From assembly GCF_009834535.1 (NCBI RefSeq), contig NC_045697.1, positions 29,328,001-29,392,000 of the forward strand: a stretch of DNA of 64,000 nucleotides. Direction: 5' to 3'. A model generated the notes under the pieces. That model saw only the letters and a program-made list of their open reading frames with translations, had not been told where the DNA came from and made no database searches. Made by a program: the position numbers and the translations under genes. This document shows, piece after piece, positions 12,541-25,371 of the stretch (its first letter is position 1; each line of letters begins with the position of its first letter). This DNA comes from Camelus ferus (Eukaryota).

Positions 12541-14165
12541 CTTTTAAATGGATATGTTAAGTATATATTGTTAAGTAAATATTAAAATAAATAAATATCT
12601 TTCCCCTATAAATTGCCAATATTTCTCAGTCTCTTCAAATCCTTCTCCACTTTTTTCTTAGTAAATAAATCACAGACTTGAACATATCAAGAAACAAATA
12701 GTAACTGGGTTATGCAAATAATTCATGCCATTAGGACTAAAAACCAGGTCTTTTGACTCTTTTTAGTTTCAAAGTTCTCACAGCTGTTCCATGTAAGTGG
12801 ACTGAATTCATCTGTGACATGAGATCCTTTTAATTTTTTTTTTCCAGTTCTGAACTTCTTATATTTTTTCCCTCTTGTTTCAGAAGAAGCATTGTTTCTC
12901 TAACTAATTATTGAAGTCAAATATCTTAATATGGTGTTTCCCCAGGTGTGGGGCCAGCACCATCAAAGGTATACAAGATGGTATGCCAACCTAGTGTTAA
13001 ATAACAATTAAATACACAATGAGGAATCTGCTTTATCCAATTCTCTTTCACTCCTTTCGTCAAGGAGAAAAGTCTTATTTTTATACTGGTGTTTAACACC
13101 TCTCTAACATGGCCCATCTCCCTTTTAACCAAGAACAGTCAACTTCAAGCTGGAGCTTTGGTACAACCTTCTCTAGCTAGAATTTAATGGTGTTATTTTG
13201 CTTTTGTTGTGGTTATTTTCATTTATGGAAAATGATGACTTTTGATTTACAGTTTTCTATTTAAGTAAAACCATGATTCTGCATTAAAATAAAATATTGA
13301 GTAGGTAACATAAATGGTAGTGTATGGATGTAGAAAAATAACTCATGAACGTGATGCCTGAATGATCAACTCTGGGAAACTACTGTGTTGGTGCAATCTA
13401 TTACAACGGTTTGTCTCTTATAACTCTTGTTTCTCTTGGGCCACAAAAGGCTGGGATAATGTCTCTAGAAGCCTCTTTTCCCTTTGCATCTTAGGTAACT
13501 CAGACTGGTCCTTAGTTGCTGTTGTCTATTTTGGCTTCTAAATCTCAGAGTGATATTCCTAATGGTGCTTTCTTTGAACTGCTTTCTCTGGACTTGTATT
13601 CCTTTCCACTTGCCCCACCCTTCAAGACTTTTTGCTTCATCCCAGTCTTCTGATGCTTCCAAATTAAAGATGTTTTTCCCCACTCTGCAAGTGGCTATGG
13701 TCCTTTTGGCTAATCTTTGATGGTCTTGAGTTAAAAAACGCATAATCATATTTTGATTTTCCCAAAGGGATCTTTGCACTGTTAACTTACTATCTCCTTT
13801 TCAAGTTGTTTGGGACAAGTTTCCACAAGGTCTAGGCAAGAAAACACTTGAGTAATGCTACCCTAAACAAAGTATTCCTTCACACCAACTCCCACCCAGC
13901 ATCAGAGGATGATGTTCATTTATCTCAGGGTGCGTTTCTTGCCTTTGTGGGTATCTATCCATTCTCTGGAATAGAATATTTCAGTATCTATCAGTCTCCT
14001 AATGCATCTTACCTTACCCATAAGGCCCTGAGGACCCCCAGACAAAAAGGGTTCCTGATGCCTGCCTTACTGTCCCAAAGTTCCAAGTTGGGTATAGCTT
14101 AGGTCTACAATGGGACACTAGATAGCTTTACCAAATAAAAAAAGAATAAGGAAAAGAATTGTAAA

Positions 14166-16052
14166 GATTTCCGGTCTAGATGGCTGAGTGGTAGGACCAC
14201 AAGCTCGCCTCTCCTCCTGACTACAACAAAACCACAACTGAATGCCAACCAACCACCGAAGAAAAGACTGGAACCTGGCAAAAAATATCTTCTGCAACTG
14301 GAAACATAAAGAGGGAACCACAGCAGGACGGTACGAGGGGCGTGCTCCCGACATAATTGGGCCCCATACCCCTCGGGTGGGCAACCCACGAGCTGAAGAT
14401 TTGTTAAGTCACAGAGGCCCTCCCACAGGAGTGAGACCTCTAAGCCCCATGTCAGGCTCCCCAGCTCAGGTTCTGGCATTGGAAAGAGGAGACCCCAGGA
14501 CATCCGGTTTTGAAGGCCAGCAGGGTTTGATGCTGGGAGCCCCATGGGACAGGAGGAAACAGAGACTCCATTCGTTTGGGAAGTGTACACAGAATCTCAT
14601 GTGCGCCAGGTCCAAGGGCAGAGGCAGTGATTTCATAGGAACCTGGGCCAGGCCTGCCTGCTGGATGTGGAGGGTCTTCTGGGAACGTAGGGGATGGCTG
14701 CGGCTCACCCAGGGAACATAAAAGCTGGTGGCGGACATTCTGGGAGTGTCCATCTACATGAGCTTTACTGGAGGCTGACATCTTGATTGGATCATTAGCA
14801 CCAAGACCTAGCCCTACTCAACAGCTTTTAGGGAAGCCTCAGGCCAAACAACATACTGAGTGGGAACACAGCCCCACCCAACAGCAGACTTCCCAAGCCA
14901 CAAAGGCCTCTAGACGGGTCCTACCCACCAAAGGTCCAGGACCAATCTTCACCCAGCAGAGGGCAGGCACCAGCTCCTCCTGACAGGCCCTACATAAGCC
15001 TCTAGTCCAGCCTCATCCACCAGGAGCAGATACTAGGAATAAGAAAACAACAATTCCAAAGCCTATGGAAGGAATCCACAAATATACAGAACGATAGATG
15101 ATATGAGGCAGCAAAGGGATATCTCCCAGGCCAAAGCACAAGATAAAATCACAGAAGAAATAATTGATGAGGAGATAAGCAATTTATCTGAGAAAGAGTT
15201 TAAAGTAATGATGGTGAAGATGTTCAAAGAACTCAAGAGGAGTACAGATGCACAGAGCAAAGTCTTTAGCAAAGAGTTGGAAAATATAAAGAATACCCAA
15301 ACAGAGTTAAAGAATAAAATTACTGAAATGAATAACACACTAGAAGGAACCAAGAATAGACTAAATGAGGCAGAAGAACAGATCAGTGAGCTGGAAGACA
15401 GATTAGCAGAAATCACTATGGCAGAACAGAAAACAGAAAAAAGAAGAAAAAGGAAAGGTTAGTTTAAAAGAACCCTGGGACAACATGAAGCACTCTAATA
15501 TTTGCATTATAGGGGTCCCAGAAAGAGAAAAGAGAGAGAAAGGACCTGAGAAAATTTTTGGAGAGATACTCACTGAAAAGTTCCCCAATTTGGGAAAGGA
15601 AACAGTTACCCAAGTCCAAGAAGCGCAGAGAGTACCACACAGGATCAGCCCAAAGAGGAACTCAGCAAGGCACATAGTCATCAAATTGACAAAAATTAAA
15701 GACAAGAAGAAAATATTAAAATTAGCAAGAGAAAAGCAACAAATAACATACAAGGGAACTCCCATAAGGTTATCAGCTGATTTTTCAGCAGAAACTCTAC
15801 AGGCCAGAAGGGAGTTGCACGATATATTTAAAGTGATGAAAGGGGAAAACTTACAACCAAGAATACTCTATCCAGCAAGGCTCTTGTTCAGATTTGATGG
15901 AGAAATCAAAAGCTTCACAGATAAACAAAAGCTAAAACATTTCGGCACCACCAAACCAGCTTTACAACAAATGTTAAAGCACCTTCTCTAGTCATCAAAC
16001 CATAAGGAAAGATAACAAAAAGAAGAAAGAGAAAAAAACAAAGACCTACAAA
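14166..16052 (+). mobile_element. LINE-1 5' UTR plus ORF1 (frameshifted), 3'-truncated
   Basis: GC/CpG-richer 5' UTR starting near 'agatggc'. ORFs 15103-15462 and 15485-15991 encode the L1 ORF1p coiled coil, RRM (NICIIGVPE, RHIVIKL) and CTD (IRLSADFS, PRILYPARL). Confidence 0.93.
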
Positions 16053-16560
16053 AGATTGCTTTGGCTGTTCGGGGTCTTTTGTGGTTCCTTACAAATTTTG
16101 GAATTGTTTGTTCTAGTTCTATGAGGAATGTCTTGAGTATTTTGACAGAGGTTGCGTTGGATCTGTGGATTGCTTTGGGTAGTGTGGCCATTTTGATAAT
16201 GTTGATTCTTCCAATCCAAGAGCACGAGAAATCTTTCCATTTCTTTGTGTCATTTCAGCTTTCGGAGTATAGGTAGCCTCCTTGGTTAAGTTTATTTCTA
16301 GGTATTTTGTTGTTTTTGATGTAATGCAAATGTTTATGCCATTTATAAAATTCTGGTTTTTGCAGTGAAAAAAAAAGTGAATGAAGGGCTGCAAATGGCA
16401 AAGTATCTTTCTTATGAGTGAGTTGTATTCCATTACATATATGTATGCTGCATCTTCATTATCTATTCAACTACTGATGTGCACTTAGGATGCTTCCATA
16501 TCTTGGCCATTATAAATAATGTTGCTGTTAATAGCAAGGTGTATGTACGTTTTTGAATTA
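16053..16560 (-). mobile_element. Two non-colinear antisense L1 ORF2 fragments
   Basis: 16053-16330 encodes LPKAIHRSNA..NHKRPRTAKAI on the - strand. 16400-16560 matches the ORF2 C-terminus (region of IAKIWKxPKC). Confidence 0.8.
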
Positions 16561-16689
16561 ATTTTTATTTTGTGGTTGGTTTTATTCCTTTGATAACGAT
16601 ATAAGTTAAAAAAGCTAAAGCTCTAAACATTCTCAGAAACAATGAACAGTACATATATGTAAATTAAAAAATATATGTGCAGTGAAAAA

Positions 16690-17210
16690 GAAGAAGAGCT
16701 ATCAAGCCATGAAAGACATGGAAGAAACTTATAAGACATATTACTAAATGAAAGAAGCCAGTCTGAAAAGGCTACAAACTATGAGTCCAACCAAATGATA
16801 TTCTGGAAAATGCACAGCTACAGAAACAATAAAAAGATCATGGTTTCCAGGGGTTTGGGGAGAGAGAGGGAGGGAGGGATGAATAGATGGAGCACAAGGG
16901 TTTAGGACAATGACATTACTCTGTATGATACTATAGTGGTGGCTACATGTCATTATGCATTTGTCAAAGCCTGTAGAATGTACAACATCAAGAATGAACC
17001 CTAATGTAGACTATGGACTTCGGTTGATAATAATGTGCCCAGGTTGGTTCATTGCTTGTACTAGATACGCCACACTGATGAGGGATGTTTAAGGTAGGGG
17101 AATGTGTATGTGTGGGTGGGGAGGGCTATGTAGGAACTCTCTATTTTCTGCTCAGTTCTGCTGTAAACTTGAAATTGCTCTAAAAAAAAAATAGTCTATT
17201 AAAAAAAAGA
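16690..17210 (+). mobile_element. Old L1 3' end (L1MB/L1MC-like)
   Basis: 'gagctatcaagccatgaaagacatgga', 'aaagaagccagtctgaaaaggctaca' and 'gaaccctaatgtagactatggact', with an A-rich terminus. Confidence 0.75.
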
Positions 17211-18329
17211 GCTGTTGTAAAGAAAACTGTATTATTTCTAAGTAGCAATAATGAAAAATTGCATCATGATGTTTAGAACACGAGTTAAAATTCCTTGTTT
17301 CATACACTTTTTACAATCCTATAATGACAAAATTCAGTAGAACTGAACAGTTTTGTGTGTCCAGATCAAACTGAAGCAAGTAAGCAAATGTGTTTTGAAT
17401 ACCCACCTGGCTAACAATACAGGAGCTACTCTGGTCAAATGCAAAAAATGTTAATTTAAAAATATTTCAAATACTCTACCCTCTGGGGAAGGAGAATCTC
17501 TCCTTTTACTTACTTTGGCAGAGAGCTCCAGGTAACTAACTTTTAATTTTCTACACCATCTCTGATTTAATGTTCTGATCATATTACAGGGTGCAACTTA
17601 AACAAAGACTATATTTTTTCCTACTAGCTTTCATAACAGTTGAATCCACACACCTATCTCTATGGTTACTTTTGTACAGTGCTCACTGAGATTTGATATG
17701 CTTCCTTCTGGCTCTCCCAGCCAATACTTTAAGTCCACAATGAGCCCATAAACCAGGAGTAAGAGGCAAGGAGGCAGGGTTATACACATGATTAGAGTAA
17801 ATAGTAACCATGAATTTACTAACCCACAACTGTTTGCCTGAGCTTTACTTTGGGGAAAGAGACTCAACAAATCTTGTTTTTAACACAGTGAGTTGTCACT
17901 TACATTGATCTATCATAAAAAAAAAAAAAAAACAAACAAACCCAAGAGCTCCTCTAATTATATGTTAAAAGATAATATTTTCAAGTTTATAGCTAGCTTT
18001 TACCTCACATTTTCCAGCAGACTGTATTCTGTGCTGTGTGATGCATAATAAAATACACCATGACCCCTAAGACACCTTCACATTTATAATCTTCTGTGCA
18101 TGTGTGTGTATGTGAAAGAGTGATATTTGGCTCTTTCTGGGAATAAAAAGCACCTGGAAATAAAAAGATATGGTTTATAATAAAATTTAAAAGATATAAT
18201 AAAACTATTTTAGAGTGTGTGTATTGTTCAGATTGTATGAGTAGAAAGATGGCAAAAGGAGAGAGAATACAGAGATGTACATAAATATTTATAATAAAAA
18301 TTGAAGGGTGCTAAAGTACAAGTGTATCC

Positions 18330-19990
18330 ATTCCATTAATTTCTTGAGGGTAAGGTCCATGATCATTTCTGTACATTCATTTTTTTTTTAACCTCCAGGG
18401 CTGAGCACAGTGCGAGGTACATGGTAAGAATTTAATATATACCTGTTAAATTAATGAATGACTGCATATATGATGCACAAAATGTTATGGAACATAGAGT
18501 AGGGAACACTTGACATTGAGAATAATGGAAGTGAGTGAATTGGTGGGTGATGGGGTCAGGGGGTAGAGGTTTGTAGTAGATTGCCACTAATAGCTCCCCA
18601 ATATCCATTCTTCCATTCTTCTCTAGCAGTAGTTCCCTTGACTTTTAGCTGGACACATTTACCAACCCTTTTTGCTGCTAGGTACATCATGTGACTTAAG
18701 TTCTGGCCAATGAAATGTAAGCAAAAGTTATGTGTGCACCTTTCAGGTCATGTCCTTGAAAGGAACAGGTGAGTCCTTCCTTTCCTCTTTATTCCCCTAA
18801 CCACTGGCTGGAAATGGACATAGTGGTAAACCATCTTGGACTAAGCTGACAAGGGCAAATGCTTCAGGTGCAGCCTAAAATAGGAGTCTGGGTGCCTGAC
18901 AAGTCCCTGACAAGGAAGAGAGCTACTACGCCAACAGGACTTTATATGAGAAACTTCTGTTTTACTGAAGCCAGTGGTTATTTTGAGTCTCTGTTGCAAA
19001 GGCTAAATTTACATCCTAATTCAAGCACAAGGAAGGTTTTATAAAAGGTGATGCTTGCACTGAGTTTCAAAGATTGAATAGGAGTTCACCAGGTGGGCAA
19101 AAAGGGAAGCGCTTTCAAGACTGAGGGGATAGCATGTGTAAAGATATGGAAGTTTAAGGAATGACTTTAGGATGCCAAACAATGAAGCTGAAAAGGCCAA
19201 CAAGGGCCAGATCACAGAAGACCCTGCCTGCCTTGCTGAAAGGTTTGGACTTTTTCTGGTAGACAAGATGATATTGCATGGTAGGTATGCTGGAGAGTGA
19301 AAAGAAGATGAGTCTCACAACTCACATGCAAAATAAGCTGGGATAATTAACCTGCTTTGTACGAGAGGGAACAGAATCCAGAGAGGCTAGAGGACTTTTC
19401 TAAGTCAGGGACAGAGGTGGAATTAGAACCAGTAGTCTTTGAATCATACCAGAATTCTTCCAGTTCTGTGGTGTTTTGGCTGACTGCATCAAAATCACCT
19501 GGGTTACCTACTAAAACTGCAAACTCCTGGGTTCCACTACAGATAAAGTCAGAATCTCTAGGGATGGGCTCCAGGAATTTGCATTTTTAACAAGGGTTTC
19601 AGGTGCTTGAAAGCTGAAAACCACAGAACTATACTAGTCTACCTCAAAAATATCTATTAAGTATTTATAAACAAGCCAAGTACATGGACTCCAGTAAATG
19701 TCTTTCAGATGCTAGTTCAGCAGATTAGCTTTCTCTGTAATCTCATACCTTGTAGGATCAAAAGATTTAAGAAGCTGCTTCATAAATAAAACTTCTGGAG
19801 GTAGAAAGGAGGAATGAACAATTATTAAGCTACTACTTTCCAGACACTCTTCTTGACACACATCATCCCATTAAAGCCTCACAAACAACCTCAAACGTAG
19901 GCATTACTAACTCCACCTCACAGATCCAGAAACTGAGCCTGAGGGATGGATATTAAGGACTTGCCTACAGTTACACAGATATGTCTATCA
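18330..19990. mobile_element. Cluster of ancient repeats: L2, MLT1-type LTR (~18570-19020), MIR, MER5-like (~19465-19626)
   Basis: L2 tail 'ttaatgaatgactg'; MLT motif 'catgtgacttaagttctggccaatgaaatgtaagca'; MER5 motif 'aatctctagggatgggctccaggaatttgcatttttaacaag'. Confidence 0.6.
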
Positions 19991-21540
19991 AATGCCAAAG
20001 TTTATCCCTTCCTGTTTAACATATTGAGGAAGGACTGGAGAACACAATTCAGAATCCCTGAGTGTCCATAACTGATCTTAGTGTATATGTAAATTGTTTT
20101 TTTCCAGATTGGACCACTTCTACAAAGTAGTTGGACAAAATCTGAGATTCCTAACCAGTAGCCAATAGGTTCTCTAGGGTTATTTAACTCTTAAGGTATA
20201 TTTAGCAAGATTTTTGCTGAGATTGGGGCTTGCATTTCTAAGATTTTCTTGGGACTTTGATCCTTTTCGAAAAAGAAGAACTTCACTCAACTTTCAGTCT
20301 TCGGTTTTTTTGCCTTGTGGAGAAAATGGAGACCAAATATCTAGTAGTTTTTTTTTTTTCTTTTAAATGGATATTAGATCTATTTTATTGATTTTTTAAA
20401 TGATTTAATGATTTTTTAAAAATTAAAACTTGAAACATAATTTGTCAAGTTCCACAATCCATTTCTATTTTACAAAAGACTCTTCTGAACCAGGCAAGAA
20501 ATGTTTAGTACATACATGTTACATTTCATTTCATGACCTTTACGTATTCACATTTGCATTAGCTTGTTGAATTTTAATGCAAGAAAAATTCCAGCCTATA
20601 TAAAAAGGCTCTAGATATTCCGACTGGCATTAAAAATCATTAGACTACCAGATCTATTGAAATCTGGAGAAGTTTCAAAGTAGAAATACGAATGGTATAT
20701 CATAGAGGAAAAATGGCAATCTTTTCCTTTTTAGTTTTAAAACACGCACTTTAAAGATAACAAAACAGGTTAAAAGGCTATCAATGAAGTGCTTAAAATG
20801 CACATAAACGCAACAGGAAATTTAAATCTGTCACTTGGTTTTATTCTAGAAATTAAGAAAGTATTTTTCCACTACCTTGAAAAATGAGCTCAGCTGATTT
20901 TTCTTTGATGCATTAGGATGCAGACTTCACTCCAGGGCTCTCAAAAATTAAAGCAGTCATGTTGAAACCCTTTGGGGAAGTTTATACATATTCCCAGTTC
21001 CACCTCATAACTTGGGGGGTGGGGTGAATTTGATCGTTTGTAGGCCCATTTCAGCAACAACTTTCTTCGCAGGCAACTCCTGGAAAGGAGGGAAGCGGTC
21101 TTAACTTGGGCAAGACCTTTACACAACTTGCTCTGAAGAGCCTGTTTAACGTGTTATCCACTTTTCTAAAAAGCGTGGAAATAAAGTCGGTTCAACTCTT
21201 CCTTTTCTTCAGTAGCTCTACGCTCGTCTGTTTTAAATTTCCTGTGCCTCAGCTAAACCCGCTAAGCTGGGTGTTGTCGGCAATAAAAAAATTCTTGCTT
21301 TCAAGGAGGCCGTAGCAGATATATTGGGGGAAGTGGGGCCACCTGTGATTCTGAGGAAGTCGAGAACCCTCAGGACGGCAGGGGCCAACTGTGCAAGGGC
21401 CCTTGGACCCGAGGAGGGGCTGGCACACGTGTCCCACTGAAGAAAGGACAAAAAGCTGACAGAAAGTACACTTCGGCCAAATCCCGCGGGAATTGCCCTC
21501 AGGCGGCATTCCCCGCTACCCCGCCCCTCCACTGCTCCTG

Positions 21541-21554
21541 GTTGCCATGGAGAC
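21541..21554. promoter_or_regulatory. RFX X-box motif
   Basis: GTTGCCATGGAGAC (reverse complement GTCTCCATGGCAAC) fits the RFX imperfect palindrome and lies beside a GC box. Confidence 0.7.
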
Positions 21555-21559
21555 CCGGG

Positions 21560-21939
21560 TATTTGGCTGACGGACTGCGAGAGGCGGGGGAGGCCTACCT
21601 TTCTGAGGAGGGAGCCGGCGGGCCCAACAGCCCCGCGCTCCACCCTGCTCCGCCGCCGCTTCCTTCAAGGGCGACCGCGGGTGGCCAGGCGAAGCCCTGA
21701 GGCAAGTCCTCCCTCTGGGAACCCGAGCGAAGCGAGCGCCGGGGTCGCGACCCCCCTGCCCCGACCCCGGCGGGTGGGAGAGGCTCATTTGAACTAAACC
21801 GCCTGCGCGGGCCGCCACCGCAGCCCCGCCGTCCCGGGGCTCCCGAGGGCGCTGTCTCAGACACCAGCCACAGGTGCCCGAAGTTCAGCGACTGCCGCGT
21901 CTCTGTCCCCAAAGCCCCGCGGAACATCCGCCCTCTGGG
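21560..21939 (+). other. NSUN7: Probable non-coding exon 1 of NSUN7 (start unknown)
   Basis: An acceptor precedes the ATG-containing exon, so an upstream exon is required. Donor GG|gtaagg at 21939/21940, with an alternative donor TT|gtgagt at 22082/22083. The TSS cannot be determined from sequence. Confidence 0.4.
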
Positions 21940-22252
21940 GTAAGGGAGGACTCCCGGGAGGCAGCGAAAGGAGCGCCCGAGGGGCCCCCCTCGCGGCTCA
22001 TTGGGGAGCCCTGCCCTTAAACGGACCTCGTCTCTCGTGGCTTCGGAGGCGATTCACCAGCCGACTCCACCTCTCTCCCTTTGTGAGTGTGTGGAGGTGT
22101 AGTTGGGGCTTGTCCAGCTAGAAGTGTGCGATGCTCGGGATCGGCTAGTAAATGCCACCTCCTAGTCTTTAAGGAGGCACGAGGAGGGCCACCAAGTGTG
22201 GTCCTGCAGATACAGTGATTTACCGAGATAACCTTTTCTGTTCACAGAGACG

Positions 22253-22300
22253 ATGCTTAAGGTACAAGGAAAACCATTTTCTGGAACATCTGAATTGTAA
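22253..22300 (+). promoter_or_regulatory. Upstream ORF (MLKVQGKPFSGTSEL*) in the NSUN7 5' UTR
   Basis: ATG at 22253, 5 nt inside the exon acceptor (ttcacag|22248), and TAA at 22298-22300, 38 nt before the main ATG. Confidence 0.6.
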
Positions 22301-22338
22301 TTTAAGCTTGAGTTACCTACGACAGTCAAGGGGCAAAC

Positions 22339-22651
22339 ATGCTTGACTCCGCAAGTGAACTGGAGTTTTCGGAAGAAAAAGCTACCGAGGATCCCTCCCA
22401 GCTCTCTTCCCTGGAGCTGTCAGGTGGCACAGCATCCAGCGGGAAAAACGCAGCTGGTTTACCCGAAAAAACTGGCTATCCGGACTCCGTTTACGTTATG
22501 GCAGCGAACATCTTTCAGGGTATTCGAGTCGAAAAGTCACCAGGGAAAGTCTTAATAAAGTATGGGAATGAACCCCTGCCGTACTCGACCGAGTTTGAGG
22601 ATGAATCCTTTCAGCGTTTGTCCTACGAGCTGGCGTTCAGTGCCCTGAAAT
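22339..22651 (+). CDS. NSUN7: NSUN7 coding exon 1 (exon starts ~22248)
   Basis: MLDSASELEFS...GYPDSVYVMAANIFQG...LSYELAFSALK matches the recalled NSUN7 N-terminus. Donor T|gtgagt, 313 nt. Confidence 0.96.
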
Positions 22652-25371
22652 GTGAGTAGTACCAATTTTAAAAGATCAGCAGTAAGGAAATAAGGAGAGA
22701 ATTTGTGGAGTGCATCCTGCCCCCACCCCCCAATACATGCCAGGCTTTGTTTTTAGGCTTATGAATATCTCTGGTCAGTTGCAAATGTTAAGGCATTAGG
22801 AGAGTTCCAGCGAAACAAGCCCTTCCAGGCCGGAACTGTTTTTCACTGCAGATTTCCCGTGCCTAGCACCGTGGCTTGTCCTTAGATGGGTATAATGCAC
22901 AGTCATTAAATTGAACAAGCAAACAACTCCATTAGCAGGAAGAACAAGAATCCATTCCAAATAGTTACAGTTTCCCTTTCCTTGGGTATTTCTTTCCATT
23001 CTCTGTGTTAACATTTTTGTATTTTAGTATATGAACTTTTATAAATATAAATATAAAAATCAGTAAGAGGGTGGGGGGAGAGGAACAGAGATGGAAAAAG
23101 AAGAAAGGTGCATTATATTAAAAATGAATATCAAAATTAAATCAGCCCCGAATCAGATGATCCCACTCATGGCCATTTGCTTTAATTTTGGAAACTTGTA
23201 AGGTTATTACTTTAAACTTTTGTAGAAGTTCCCTTCCTAATTGCCTCCGGGGTTTGAGGTGTAATGTTTCAGATTTCTTCAATGATGGCCAATTATCAGC
23301 TTCTGAGTATGGAGTTGACTCTAGTATAGAACCAAATAATGTTCCTATGAGAGCAGTTAAAGGGCCTGGAGACTGCTGGTTTTGTACTAGCTATACATTA
23401 TGATAAAAACTATAAGGTTTATATTGGTTTGTATACTGACTGAGTATTGTTCCAAAAGAAGTTTCAGAAGTGTTTGAAGTATTAGCAGCATGGCTGAAAT
23501 GATGAGCTTCCTAAAGAGACACCTTGAAAGGGCAGCACAATTTGCATGTATTTCCTGAGTATTAGTACTTTCTGGGCCTTGTACATTCTTGCACAGAAGC
23601 AGTTAACAATTGTTTAGTTGAATTAAAATGTAACATTAATTACTTAGATATGAATGCATGTTTTTGGTTGTCTGCAGAGATGACGTAGCTCAACTCTGAA
23701 GCCAGGAATTTGTCACCATAGAGAAAAGTCGTACAATGTTAAGAGGCAACTTCCCTCTGGGTTTCATTTCTTTGTTTTCTGCTTGTGATTTTTTTTTTCT
23801 TTTTAAGTCTGTCTGACCCATTTTTCCCCTTTCCAGTTTAATCATCTAGATTCTATTTCATCTCTTCCTTCAACCTCCTTTTTAAAATGGAGTTTTAAAG
23901 ACCAACCAAAGCGTTAAACTTTAAATCATTAGTCAAAAGAACATTTTAACATTTTCTCCTTGCAACAATGAAGTGCAACTGGGCATCTGTGTTGATTACT
24001 TGATATTTAATGTTAATGCCAAAACTATTATAGACAGTTTTTTCCTGATAGAATATTGAATCTTACCTTTAGAAGTCAATAATAAAAGTCTGCAATTGTT
24101 CTTTCGACAATTAGTACATTAACTAGATGGTCATACTATAGTGGTGTGTATAGAAGATTATCTTTTTCTCTCTATCTTTCTGTTTTATGGAAGGGTCTTG
24201 ACATCTTTTTAATGACACAAAAAATCCCATTTAGATAAATTACTGTCATAGGCCTTTATAAACCTGCTTTTCCTTGAAATGTTTATTTTTATAAGTTCAG
24301 ATTCTAAGATGAGATGGCTTTGGTTGTTTACTTGGTACACATACTGCTTTCTTCTTAACAACAATAATATCTTGCTTTAAATTATCGTCTGAATAATTTC
24401 TGAGTTTTCAACTGTAATAAAACCAGAATTTCTAAATGTAGTGGGTTTCCAAGATAATTAAGAGCCTGATATTTTGCTTTAAACTAATGGAGGCTCTTAT
24501 GCATTTCACTTTTATCTTTTGTATTATCAATGTTCTATCAATACTTTCACATGTAATATTTTATAAACTCATATCTGGCTTATATAGTATAGGTTCAGGG
24601 AATCATGGTTCAGGAAAGAAAACTCAGGATTTCTTCTCTAAGGTTTTATAGGAGCAGTAAGGCTGAAAAGGTTAATGCGCAAACTAAAAAGAGCTTGGGT
24701 AATGGTCTCTTTTATTGGTGAATATATGAACAAATAATTAGATCGTATTACTATATCTTTTTGAGGAAGTACAAAGAGAAGGAAAAAAAAGAGAAAATCT
24801 CTTAATTTTACAAATGTTAAGTGTATTTGGTTGTGTTTTATGTTTTGCAGTTTTATTATTTGCTCCTTTGTTGATGTACTTTGTGTATGAGGTCTTTCGA
24901 AGCAGAGAGTATGTTTATTTGATTAACCTTTTAAAGGTTTAAAGGGCTCAGTGTAATGTTTTTTTTGAAATGGCAACCACTAGTCCCACTTTACTAAATA
25001 ACCGAAAGGTCAATTTTCTGTTAAGGAAGGTAATGAAGAGCAACCTATTTCTATTAGTTTGACTTCTGTCAGAGAAGTAGAGTACTAGCAACTGATTTAT
25101 ATTTTCAAAGAATCTCTGGATAGCTAAAACAGAAAAAACTGGTGAAATGTTTTCTTAAAAAATAAACTGAACAACACATTAAGAAAAAAATTGAGGAAAT
25201 TTATGTTCCTGAAATTGTTGATCTTATTTCTGGCTTAATTCTTTCTCCAACCACTAGATGTTAACAGTAATTGATGAAATCTCCTGGTCATTTCATAATT
25301 GTGTAACCTGTCAGTGAAAAACCTAGAAAATGCTTAATTATGGTCTGGTTATGGCTTTGGGAATTAGTCAT

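Larger units (their letters stand above)
21330..22650 (+). promoter_or_regulatory. NSUN7: CpG-island promoter of NSUN7
   Basis: The most GC- and CpG-dense stretch in the window, directly upstream of and overlapping the first coding exon. GC box ccccgcccc at 21519-21527 and E-box cacgtg at 21426-21431. Confidence 0.9.

Noticed and set aside
13465..13779. 104-aa - strand ORF in non-repetitive-looking sequence
   Set aside because: Non-ATG start, no recognisable domain and no coherent exon structure.
14105..14983. Cluster of 60-160 aa ORFs on both strands, including a possible ORF0-like antisense frame
   Set aside because: Expected from the GC-rich L1 5' UTR; nothing supports translation.
21233..21927. 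Overlapping - strand ORFs suggesting a divergent gene
   Set aside because: Stop-poor CpG-island composition (Ala/Gly/Pro/Arg-rich) and no downstream exons found.
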